Positions 8,091-16,496 of a stretch of 45,520 nt of DNA are shown here, one piece after another. The translations under genes and the position numbers were made by a program. Location of the stretch: the NCBI GenBank assembly GCA_045595425.1, contig JAZOAL010000166.1, positions 1 through 45,520 on the forward strand, in the 5' to 3' direction. This DNA is from Eubacteriales bacterium (GTDB taxonomy: Bacteria; Bacillota; Clostridia; Oscillospirales; CAG-272). The notes beneath the pieces are model-generated. The model was not told the origin of the DNA, ran no database searches, and worked only from the letters and a program-made list of their open reading frames with translations. Each line of letters opens with the position of its first letter. Positions within the stretch are counted from its first letter, which is position 1.

Positions 8091-8723
8091 TTAAGTGCCC
8101 TGTCCTTTCAGAAAATTTTGAAGGAATCCCGAATCTGCTTCAATAAGAAGCCTTGCCATTTTACGCCGAGTAGCCCGTACATGTATTTTTTTTAAAAACC
8201 ATCTTAAAGGTGTACCAAAAATCGCATTTAACACCTTAATAAGTATATTATACATAATTCTGAACGGAAATGCAATAGCAAACAGCAAAATTTTTGTGAG
8301 AATTTTCAGAAAAATGTATATAATTTCAGCAAATGATATCACAAGTGCGCCAACAGTCTTATAATAAGCAAAAAATCCAATTGCCGAAGCGGCAAGAGCC
8401 TGCCATCTGAATATACCGTCATTGGTATAATAGAAAAAGATGCAGAGTGCTCCTCCGACAACGGTACAGAAGATCAGATCACCGACAGCTACATGAAAGC
8501 CGATAAATCTTCCCTTCAGAGTGCTCTCCTTTCGCTTGATCTTTCCGATAAGCGGATATTCGATCGAATAAAGACGATCAGCGCTTTTCCTGACTATCCC
8601 TCCATATGTAACGCCAACCATAACCCGCGATATTCTTATGACATCATAAAAAATGCCAAAAGCAATTCCCATAAGAAGCGCCCAAAGCGTCATTCGGGCA
8701 AGGGATACCATCGATATTTCCAT
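8091..8723 (-). CDS. yabQ: Spore cortex biosynthesis protein YabQ
   Basis: GIAFGIFYDVIRISR, DLIF, Y.NDG.FR motifs; synteny with yabP. Confidence 0.85.
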   Translation of the reverse strand: MEISMVSLARMTLWALLMGIAFGIFYDVIRISRVMVGVTYGGIVRKSADRLYSIEYPLIGKIKRKESTLKGRFIGFHVAVGDLIFCTVVGGALCIFFYYTNDGIFRWQALAASAIGFFAYYKTVGALVISFAEIIYIFLKILTKILLFAIAFPFRIMYNILIKVLNAIFGTPLRWFLKKIHVRATRRKMARLLIEADSGFLQNFLKGQGT

Positions 8724-8995
8724 CAGCCGAGAAGTCTGCCAAAGAAGCCTTTTTTGCTCTCTGACATCTGAGTATTATAATATATACCGTTTATCTTGCC
8801 GTCAAGAAGAACAGTCCCCCTATCGGTATCAAGAGAGCTGACATGAAGATTCTCGCCTTCTATCATCATCTCTCCCATAACTGTTTCAAGGCAAACATTC
8901 TCCTCATCAAAGCTCGTTACATTCTCCACTCCGCATATCTCCATATGCGCGCGGGATTTTATAATTATATCATGCGGTCTTATTTGTTCGTTCAT
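8723..8995 (-). CDS. yabP: Sporulation protein YabP
   Basis: H.I....R....I.GVENVTSFDEE.V.LET..G...IEGENLHVSSLD...G.V.LDGKI.GIYY...KKGFFGRL. Confidence 0.92.
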   Translation of the reverse strand: MNEQIRPHDIIIKSRAHMEICGVENVTSFDEENVCLETVMGEMMIEGENLHVSSLDTDRGTVLLDGKINGIYYNTQMSESKKGFFGRLLG

Positions 8996-9006
8996 TTTAC
9001 GCCCCC

Positions 9007-9050
9007 TAATAATAAACTCCGCACCTTGCCGATGCGGAGGTTTATTATTA
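9007..9050 (-). terminator. Stem-loop in yabO-yabP spacer (terminator-like)
   Basis: TAATAATAAAC-TCCGCA...TGCGGA-G-GTTTATTATTA; the minus strand gives a GC stem followed by TTTATTATT. Confidence 0.55.
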
Positions 9051-9077
9051 TATATGCGAAAGCCTTAAATTTTATGC
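9049..9077 (-). promoter_or_regulatory. Putative sigma-E (mother-cell) promoter of yabP
   Basis: Minus strand GCATAAA-N14-CATATATA matches the sigma-E pattern; yabP is sigma-E dependent in Bacillus subtilis. Confidence 0.55.
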
Positions 9078-9078
9078 C

Positions 9079-9321
9079 TCACTCTATAACTTCATAAAGG
9101 GCTGCTGCATCAGCCTTTGCAACATGCTCCCTCACATCGAGAACCTTAACCTTCAAAGTCTTCTGACCGAAGGTTATCTCAATAATGTCGCCCTCTTTAA
9201 CATCATAGGACGCTTTCGCGCGTTTTCCGTTGACGTTTACATGCTCTGCATCGCAAGCGTCATTTGCAACAGTACGTCTTTTTATTATTCTTGAAATTTT
9301 CAAAAATTTATCAAGTCTCAT
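9079..9321 (-). CDS. yabO: S4-domain RNA-binding protein YabO/RqcP (Hsp15-like)
   Basis: MRLDKFLKISRIIKRRTVANDACD...VNGK.AK.S..VKEGD.I.I.FG. Confidence 0.93.
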   Translation of the reverse strand: MRLDKFLKISRIIKRRTVANDACDAEHVNVNGKRAKASYDVKEGDIIEITFGQKTLKVKVLDVREHVAKADAAALYEVIE

Positions 9322-9337
9322 TTATGCCTCCAAAAAA

Positions 9338-9375
9338 TAAATTTGGCAGACTCCGTTAAAAGCCTGCCGAATTTA
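9338..9375 (-). terminator. Intrinsic terminator after hup
   Basis: Minus strand TAAATTCGGCAGGCT...AGTCTGCCAAATTTA followed by TTTTTT. Confidence 0.7.
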
Positions 9376-9383
9376 TTAGGTAA

Positions 9384-9656
9384 TCAGTTTACGGAATCCT
9401 TGAGAGCCTTGCCTGCTGTGAAAGTAGGATGCTTGGAAGCAGCAATTGTGAGGGTTTCACCTGTTCTGGGATTTCTGCCCTGTCTTGCGCCTCTGCTCTT
9501 AACCTCGAATGTACCGAAGCCAATAAGCTGAACCTTTTCACCCGCCTTGAGCGCGTCTGCAATAGCACCTGTAACAGCGTTAACTGCTGCCTCAGCTTCA
9601 ACCTTCTTAAGATTTGCTGCCTTTGCAACTGCATCGATGAGCTGTGTCTTGTTCAT
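9384..9656 (-). CDS. hup: DNA-binding protein HU
   Basis: MNKTQLIDAVA...VQLIGFGTFEV..R.AR.GRNP.TGE...I.ASK.P.F.AGKALKD.VN. Confidence 0.97.
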   Translation of the reverse strand: MNKTQLIDAVAKAANLKKVEAEAAVNAVTGAIADALKAGEKVQLIGFGTFEVKSRGARQGRNPRTGETLTIAASKHPTFTAGKALKDSVN

Positions 9657-9737
9657 GAGTTTTGACCAATCCTTTCCATTTATTTTTTGATTAACAGCAA
9701 ACGGCGCAAAACGCCGCCGCTTTTATTAACATTTTAT

Positions 9738-9766
9738 ATTATATCATCAAATTGTACCAATTTCAA
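9738..9766 (-). promoter_or_regulatory. sigma-A promoter of hup
   Basis: Minus strand TTGAAA-N17-TATAAT with TGn extension. Confidence 0.65.
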
Positions 9767-9798
9767 GGGGTTCTGTAAATATTTTTTAATTATTTTGT

Positions 9799-10608
9799 TT
9801 ATTTTTGCATTTTTTTTGCGCTCCAAAGCTCATCCAGCTCTTTCTGAGACATCTTTTCGACATCTTTTCCCATTTCAAGTGCAGTATTCTCTATCATTTC
9901 AAAACGATTTATAAATTTTTTAGTCGCATTATTAAGTGCCATTTCGGGGTCTATGCCGCTTTTTCTGGCAAAATTTGCAACAGAAAAAAGCAGATCTCCG
10001 ATCTCTTCTTCAAGGCGATCCTTATCACCTTTGCCCATAACCTCGGCTATCTCGGCACTCTCCTCACCGATCTTTTCAAAAGCAGCTTCAGCATTCGGAA
10101 AATCGAAGCAAGCAGCTCTCTTGCCGACCTTAGAAGCTTTCATAAGTGCCGGAAGCGACGGAGGTACACTGCGCAAACGTGATGTAACCGTTTCCCTTTG
10201 CTTTTCTTCATTCTTTATTATATCCCAATTTGTTAGAACTTTTTCACTGGTCTCAGCAACAACATCACCAAAAATATGCGGATGACGATGGATAAGCTTT
10301 GCGCAGATCTCCGTAAGCACATCGCCCATTACAAAGTTTCCGGCCTCTTCCTCAATGCGAGCATGAAAAACGACCTGTAAAAGTACGTCGCCAAGCTCCT
10401 CACGAAGAAGGTACGGATCATTTGTATCAATTGCCTCTATGACCTCATATGTTTCCTCGATAAAGTCTCGTCTGATGCTTTCATGTGTCTGTTCCCTATC
10501 CCAAGGGCATCCGCCCTCGCTTCTGAGAAGCTCCATTATCATACAAAGATCATCAAAAGTATATACCTTTTTTGCGTTGAGCACCGCAATTTTTTCACTT
10601 CTGTCCAT
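9799..10608 (-). CDS. mazG: Nucleoside triphosphate pyrophosphohydrolase MazG
   Basis: GCPWDREQTH, EETYEV, REELGDVLLQVVFHA, KLI.RHPHIFG, EEIGDLLF, KF..RF. Confidence 0.95.
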   Translation of the reverse strand: MDRSEKIAVLNAKKVYTFDDLCMIMELLRSEGGCPWDREQTHESIRRDFIEETYEVIEAIDTNDPYLLREELGDVLLQVVFHARIEEEAGNFVMGDVLTEICAKLIHRHPHIFGDVVAETSEKVLTNWDIIKNEEKQRETVTSRLRSVPPSLPALMKASKVGKRAACFDFPNAEAAFEKIGEESAEIAEVMGKGDKDRLEEEIGDLLFSVANFARKSGIDPEMALNNATKKFINRFEMIENTALEMGKDVEKMSQKELDELWSAKKMQK

Positions 10609-10624
10609 TTTAATATTTTCCCTT

Positions 10625-12256
10625 TCAAATCAGCTTGATCTTATGAAGCAGCGAATATATTTTCTCTCCCTTCGGGAGCATTTTAATATCTTCTTCATCA
10701 ACCGCCCTCATCAGCATTGCCGCAAGAACATAGAGAACTGCCGCAAGAGCAACGCAAGCTATTGTATAAATTCTTGAGGTGCCAAGATATGAACATATAA
10801 GCGCATAGACACCAAAAGCCGCTCCGACCGAAATCACTGCCGCGCCAAGCGGACGGTAAAACAGCTTGATGATTCCGTCAAAACCCGAGGCATATTTCTT
10901 TATATAATAGAAATTCAGTGCCACAACCGCCACATTGCAAAGGAAGGTACTGATCGGAGCACCATATATATTTATTCCCTTGATCCCTATCAAAACATAG
11001 TCGAAAACTATCTTCACAAGAGCCCCCACGCCCATTGAAATTATGGGCTTGCGCTCCTGCTTATATGCTTGCAGAATTGCATTTGTTACCGTTATAAGGC
11101 AGGCAAATATGATAGATATACCGAGAGATGAAAGAAGCGGTGCCCCGATACTTATCGTATCCTCTTGATTTGAAAAGAGCAGCTGTAGTATCGGCTTTGA
11201 GAAAAGGATCACTCCGATGGCACAGGGAGTTGCAAAAAGAGTGCAAAGGCGCAAGGATGAGCTCAGAACCATCGATTCCTTCTCCCTGCTCCTTGCTTCT
11301 ATCGCAGAGGTGAGCATCGGAACGATCGAAAGTCCGATACCGGTAATTATTGCCGGTGGGAGATTGTATATAGAAACTATCGTTGAATAGACGCCGTAAA
11401 AAACTTCCGAGGCTTCCTTTGCAAATCCGGAATCAACAAGCCTTCTGACTATAAAGAAGGTATCTGCCAACCGTGTCGTTCCCATGACGGTAGAACTAAC
11501 GGTGATAGGAATTGCAATTTTTATGAGCTTTGCAATGATTCTTTTTCTCGACTCCGGCTCAAGTCCCGCATCATCGGTTATTGCTTTTTCCTTGCCCGAC
11601 ACTCGGAAAATAAATTTTGAAAAAGCAAGATACAGCATTGCAACCGCTGAACCTATGGAAAGGCCCATAACGGCAAAAGCCGCGGCTATCGGGTAAGAAT
11701 TCCATTTTTTCAGCGCAAATGACGCAAGCAAAATTCCTATAAGCAGCTTTCCAAGAGCTTCTATAACTTGAGAAACCGCCGTGTGCTTCATTATTTGATG
11801 ACCTTGAAAATATCCGCGGAAAGCACTTGATATGCAGATCATAAATAAAGTGGGGGCTATTGCCAATATGCAATATTCAGCACCGCTGATGCTTATTGCA
11901 GAAGAAAAAAGCTTAGCTCCCGCCATCATTGCGACAGTGCCGATGCTTCCGATCACAATGAACATAGTCATTGCCGTTCGGTATATGCGTTTTATGTTTT
12001 TGACATTGCCATGCACGCGGTTTTCCGAAACAAGTATTGAAACCGCAACAGGCAGTCCCGCAGTTGAAACCAGATAGAATATCGTATAGATATCATATGC
12101 AGCATTAAAATACGCCATGCCGCCCTCCTTAAGGAGAGAAAGCATAGGTATTTTATAAAGCAAGCCTATTACTTTAACGATAATAGTTGAGACCGTCATG
12201 GCGGTAACGCCCGACAAAAACAGTTTTTTAGAACTTATAGATTTTTCTTCGGTCAT
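10625..12256 (-). CDS. MOP-superfamily flippase / polysaccharide biosynthesis protein (YabM/SpoVB-like)
   Basis: VKVIGLLYKIP, STAGLPVAVS, RGYFQG...TAVSQVIE; about 14 TM segments; occupies the yabM position next to mazG. Confidence 0.88.
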   Translation of the reverse strand: MTEEKSISSKKLFLSGVTAMTVSTIIVKVIGLLYKIPMLSLLKEGGMAYFNAAYDIYTIFYLVSTAGLPVAVSILVSENRVHGNVKNIKRIYRTAMTMFIVIGSIGTVAMMAGAKLFSSAISISGAEYCILAIAPTLFMICISSAFRGYFQGHQIMKHTAVSQVIEALGKLLIGILLASFALKKWNSYPIAAAFAVMGLSIGSAVAMLYLAFSKFIFRVSGKEKAITDDAGLEPESRKRIIAKLIKIAIPITVSSTVMGTTRLADTFFIVRRLVDSGFAKEASEVFYGVYSTIVSIYNLPPAIITGIGLSIVPMLTSAIEARSREKESMVLSSSLRLCTLFATPCAIGVILFSKPILQLLFSNQEDTISIGAPLLSSLGISIIFACLITVTNAILQAYKQERKPIISMGVGALVKIVFDYVLIGIKGINIYGAPISTFLCNVAVVALNFYYIKKYASGFDGIIKLFYRPLGAAVISVGAAFGVYALICSYLGTSRIYTIACVALAAVLYVLAAMLMRAVDEEDIKMLPKGEKIYSLLHKIKLI

Positions 12257-12279
12257 TTGTTATCTCCGAAATTAAAAAT

Positions 12280-13773
12280 TTAGATCTCTTCGGCAAAAAA
12301 CTCCTCGGCACATCTTGCTATCTCCTCGGTATTATCCGAACGCAGATATTCGTAGGGATATTTGGGGCTGAAAAGACGCTTTATGCGGGTTTTTCCCTCT
12401 CCCGCGCTCTTATATTCCACCAGCTTTGTAACAGCGCCAGCACCTGCGGCAAGGATGGTATGAACCTCCTCCATCATATAGATGTTATAAAGTCCTTCCG
12501 AGCCCGGCTTGGCAAAGCCCACGTTTTCAAGATTACCCACAGTATTCTTCTGACGATACATATAATATGGCCTATAACCCTCCTGCATTGCGCGAAGCTG
12601 TGAATAATCAACACATTTGACAGCATCTCCTCCTCGGCGCGAGAAAATGGAGGGTCCCTGCTGCATAAGCTCCGCCGATTTCTTGACGCAGAATGTATGT
12701 ACCGTTATATTATCGGGAGAAAGCTCAAGAATTTTATCAAAGGTTTCCGAAAAGGTCTTGAAGGTATCACCGGGAAGACCTGCAATGAGATCAGTGTTTA
12801 TATATTTTATGCCCGAAGCTCTCGCAATATCATATGCGCGGTAAAATTCCTCTGTTGTATGGCTTCGCCCAACGCCGGAAAGCACCTTATCACAAAGTGA
12901 TTGAGGGTTGACGCTCATTCTCGTCACCCCGTATTTAGCCGCAATAGTCAGCTTTTCGGCATCGATCGTATCAGGTCTGCCGGCTTCAAGGGTATATTCC
13001 TCAAGGGTTGAGACATCTATGCAATCGCTTATCTTTGAAAGGAGCATCTCAAGCTCCGGGGCGGTCAATATGGTAGGTGTTCCGCCGCCGATATATACTG
13101 TTTTGACATTAAGACCTTGATTTTTCGCAAGCGCGAAGGTTGATTCAATATCCGAACAGAGACGGATAAGATATTCGGGAATCAGAGAAAGCAGTTTTTT
13201 AGAAGTATAAGAAACAAAAGAGCAGTAAGCGCATCTTGTCGGGCAGAAAGGTATCGACACATAAACACTGCAATCCTTTTTGTCGGGATTTCCGATAATT
13301 GCCCTCTCAGCCAGAGCCACATCTGTGGCAAGCGCCGCCTTCTTGACCGTTACCGAAAAATCATTTCGCAGGATCTTGCGAACCTTTGTCTTGCTGTTTC
13401 CCTCAAGAAGCTTTTCCATAGCTACCTTTGAGGGGCGTACGCCGATAAGCATGCCCCAAGACGGGCGGTATGAAAGAACTTCCTCTCCGATAGCGAGCAT
13501 TGCCGAACCGATGGCAAGCTTAGTCGCTCTGTCCTCGGTGATACCGTCGCCAACAGCCCTTTCTTTTTCTGCACTTCCCTCTTTGCCGAGTGCCCGAAGC
13601 GTACATTTTGCCGTTATAAGCTCTTCATGGCGCCGAACATTCACCGAAAGCTGAAGGCCATCATCCTCGGCATCCTCGTTTTCAGAGAATTTAACTCCCG
13701 GAAAATAGATCATGCAAAGCATCTGAACATAATATCTGTTGATGGGAATGTTTCCTTCAAGAAAAAGCTTCAT
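12280..13773 (-). CDS. hemZ: Radical SAM coproporphyrinogen dehydrogenase-like protein HemZ
   Basis: WG.L.GVRPSK, YVSIPFCPTRCAYCSF (CxxxCxxC), YIGGGTPT, EAGRPDTI, PYYMYRQKN. Confidence 0.92.
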   Translation of the reverse strand: MKLFLEGNIPINRYYVQMLCMIYFPGVKFSENEDAEDDGLQLSVNVRRHEELITAKCTLRALGKEGSAEKERAVGDGITEDRATKLAIGSAMLAIGEEVLSYRPSWGMLIGVRPSKVAMEKLLEGNSKTKVRKILRNDFSVTVKKAALATDVALAERAIIGNPDKKDCSVYVSIPFCPTRCAYCSFVSYTSKKLLSLIPEYLIRLCSDIESTFALAKNQGLNVKTVYIGGGTPTILTAPELEMLLSKISDCIDVSTLEEYTLEAGRPDTIDAEKLTIAAKYGVTRMSVNPQSLCDKVLSGVGRSHTTEEFYRAYDIARASGIKYINTDLIAGLPGDTFKTFSETFDKILELSPDNITVHTFCVKKSAELMQQGPSIFSRRGGDAVKCVDYSQLRAMQEGYRPYYMYRQKNTVGNLENVGFAKPGSEGLYNIYMMEEVHTILAAGAGAVTKLVEYKSAGEGKTRIKRLFSPKYPYEYLRSDNTEEIARCAEEFFAEEI

Positions 13774-13777
13774 ATCC

Positions 13778-14236
13778 TCACCTGCTCTTTTTCAGATCTG
13801 CTGAATCCATAACAATGGTAACAGGTCCGTCATTTACAATGGTAACTTCCATATCAGCACCAAAAACTCCGTTTCCCACATGAGAAAGCGATCCGCGAAG
13901 TATCCCGCTGAAATATTCATAAAGGGCGTTTGCCCTGTCCGGCTTCTCGGAGGCAAGATAATCCGGTCGATTGCCGCTCTTATAATTAGCAAGCAAAGTA
14001 AACTGAGAGACAACAAGAGCCTCACCACCTATATCGGTGATGCTCTTATTCATTTTTCCGTTCTCATCCTCAAAAATGCGAAGCCTCAGAATCTTTGCTG
14101 CAAGCGCGTCTGCATCCGCCTCTGTATCGCCAACGGCAACTCCGAGAAGGATCATAAGCCCCTCTCCGCATTTTCCGACTATATCTCCGTCAACTTTGAC
14201 TTCACTCTTTTTTACTCTTTGAAGTACAGCCTTCAT
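13778..14236 (-). CDS. dtd: D-aminoacyl-tRNA deacylase
   Basis: MKAVLQRV, RIFEDENGKMN, VVSQFTL, GNRP, FGADM.V...NDGPVT. Confidence 0.97.
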   Translation of the reverse strand: MKAVLQRVKKSEVKVDGDIVGKCGEGLMILLGVAVGDTEADADALAAKILRLRIFEDENGKMNKSITDIGGEALVVSQFTLLANYKSGNRPDYLASEKPDRANALYEYFSGILRGSLSHVGNGVFGADMEVTIVNDGPVTIVMDSADLKKSR

Positions 14237-16482
14237 TATGAAAATCCTCTCGTAACGTCCTCGACATTTTTAAGTCCCTTAAGCCTTGAAACTATCGATT
14301 TATAATGCTCAATATTCTTACAGCTTATTTTAAGGTTAATTATAAACATGTCGTCGGATTTTTTTTGGGAATTGATAGAAAGTATCGATACCTTCATATC
14401 AGCAAGAGTCATAGAAATATCAGCAAGGATCCCTATTGAGTCATAGGCAAATATCTGAAGCAAAGCTTCATAACCGCCGCTGATCTGATCTGCGACACCA
14501 TCCTCCCACTCAGCTTCTACCCAACGGGAAGAATTTTCAGGATTTTTCATGCCCCCTATAACATTTGGGCAATCCTTTTTATGAATAGATATCCCGTAGC
14601 CCTTTGTAACAAAACCGATAACGGCATCTCCGGGAAGCGGATTACAGCATTTTGCAAATTTGACCTGGCATCCTTCTTCGCCATCGATGATTATACCGCT
14701 GTTGGAACGTATATGCTTCGGTTTTTTAACCGGAATATCGGCAACATCCATAAGGGGGGCAGGCGTTTCGGTTTTGATTATCCTTTCAAGCTCATCATGG
14801 AGCTTGAGAGTGATCTTTGAGATTGAAAGACCGCCGTAACCGATAGTGTTATAAAGATCCTCAGCCGTCTGCACACCTATTCTGCGCGCAACATTTGTAA
14901 CGATCTCAAGCCGCTGGGCATCGGAATATGCCTTTGAAAACTTTTTGAGCTCAGCATCGATAATCGACTGTCCGACTATAATGTTTTCATCTCTTTTTTC
15001 CTTTTTAAACCATTGTCTGATCTTGTTTTTTGCTTCGCCTGTTTTAACTATCTTAAGCCAGTCTCTGCTTGGCCCCTTTGAAGCATTTGAAGTCAGGATC
15101 TCGACGATCTCACCGTTTTGAGGCACCTTGTCGATGGGTACTATCATACCGTTGATCTTCGCTCCGACCATTTTGTTTCCAACGGCGGAGTGAATGGAAT
15201 AGGCAAAATCAATAACTGTAGATCCCTGCGGCAGTGCAATAACATCGCCCTTGGGAGTAAACACAAAGGTCTCATCATGGAATATATCGGTTTTGAAAGC
15301 ATGCATGAACTCATCTGGATCTCTTGTGCCATCCTCTGTCTCGATAAGACGGGCAATCCATTCAAGCTTTTTATCCATATCAGCCTTTGAGCGCTCACCC
15401 GACTTATACTTCCAGTGTGCCGCAACACCGTATTCAGCAACATGGTGCATTTCCCATGTTCTTATCTGAACCTCAAAAGGTACACCGTCACGTCCGATAA
15501 CTGTTGTATGCAGAGATCGGTACATATTGGGCTTTGGGGTTGAGATATAGTCCTTGAAACGTCCGGGAATGGATTTAAACATCTCATGAATGATTCCGAG
15601 AACGGTATAACATTCAAGCTCGGTATCCACAATAACGCGCAAGGCATAAAAATCATATATCTCGTCAAAGCTCTTATTCTGATTATACATCTTTTTATAG
15701 ATGCTGTAAACCGACTTAATTCGACCCTCGAGAGTAAAGGATATGTTATTCTCGCGAAGCTTTGAATCAACCTGATTTCTCAGATTTTCGATAAGCCCGA
15801 GATTTTGACCGTATTTTTCCTCTATATGCTTTGAGACCTCTTCATAGCCGAAGGGATCGAGATATTCAAGGGATAGATTTTCAAGCTCGTGCTTGATCCT
15901 CTGCATACCGAGGCGGTGGGCAAGAGGTGCATAGACCTGCATTGTCTCAAGAGCTATTGTCCTGCGCTTGGCATCACCTTTAGCGGAAAGTGTGCGCATA
16001 TTATGCAGGCGGTCGCAAAGCTTGATGAATATAACACGAACATCCTTTGACATTGCAAGAAGCATTTTGCGAAGATTTTCGATATGCGCTTCTTCTTTAT
16101 CCTCAACCTGAAGCTCCACAAGCTTGGTAAGACCGTCCACAAGAAGTGCGACATCCTCTCCGAAAAGCTTGCGCACCTCAGCAAGATTGGTTTTATCGGC
16201 ACAGTCTTCAACAGTATCATGAAGAAGTGCCGCGCAGATAGCATCTGTATCAAGCTCAAGTCCCGCAACTATCTCCGCCACCGCGATAGGATGCGAAATA
16301 TACGCATCTCCGCTCTGGCGGAATTGACCCTCATGAAGCTTGCTCGCATATTCAAAAGCTCTGACTATCTTAGCTGTATCATAATTCTTACCCGTTGCCT
16401 TCAGTATCCCAAGCAAACGGCTGACATCGGTATGAACATCGACCGCATTTTTTTCAATCGAATTTACATTATCGTTATCCAT
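14236..16482 (-). CDS. relA: Bifunctional (p)ppGpp synthetase/hydrolase Rel (RelA/SpoT)
   Basis: HD domain (HP.AV, ALLHDTVED), RFKDY synthetase motif, EVQIRT, AAHWKYK, TGS (DFAY.IH), CC.P.PGD, ACT. Start moved to ATG 16482 (GAGG RBS). Confidence 0.96.
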   Translation of the reverse strand: MDNDNVNSIEKNAVDVHTDVSRLLGILKATGKNYDTAKIVRAFEYASKLHEGQFRQSGDAYISHPIAVAEIVAGLELDTDAICAALLHDTVEDCADKTNLAEVRKLFGEDVALLVDGLTKLVELQVEDKEEAHIENLRKMLLAMSKDVRVIFIKLCDRLHNMRTLSAKGDAKRRTIALETMQVYAPLAHRLGMQRIKHELENLSLEYLDPFGYEEVSKHIEEKYGQNLGLIENLRNQVDSKLRENNISFTLEGRIKSVYSIYKKMYNQNKSFDEIYDFYALRVIVDTELECYTVLGIIHEMFKSIPGRFKDYISTPKPNMYRSLHTTVIGRDGVPFEVQIRTWEMHHVAEYGVAAHWKYKSGERSKADMDKKLEWIARLIETEDGTRDPDEFMHAFKTDIFHDETFVFTPKGDVIALPQGSTVIDFAYSIHSAVGNKMVGAKINGMIVPIDKVPQNGEIVEILTSNASKGPSRDWLKIVKTGEAKNKIRQWFKKEKRDENIIVGQSIIDAELKKFSKAYSDAQRLEIVTNVARRIGVQTAEDLYNTIGYGGLSISKITLKLHDELERIIKTETPAPLMDVADIPVKKPKHIRSNSGIIIDGEEGCQVKFAKCCNPLPGDAVIGFVTKGYGISIHKKDCPNVIGGMKNPENSSRWVEAEWEDGVADQISGGYEALLQIFAYDSIGILADISMTLADMKVSILSINSQKKSDDMFIINLKISCKNIEHYKSIVSRLKGLKNVEDVTRGFS

Positions 16483-16496
16483 GTATAACCTCAAAA

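Noticed and set aside
9799-10608. MazG lacks the N-terminal methyltransferase-like domain of Bacillus YabN
   Set aside because: Stand-alone MazG is common; not novel.
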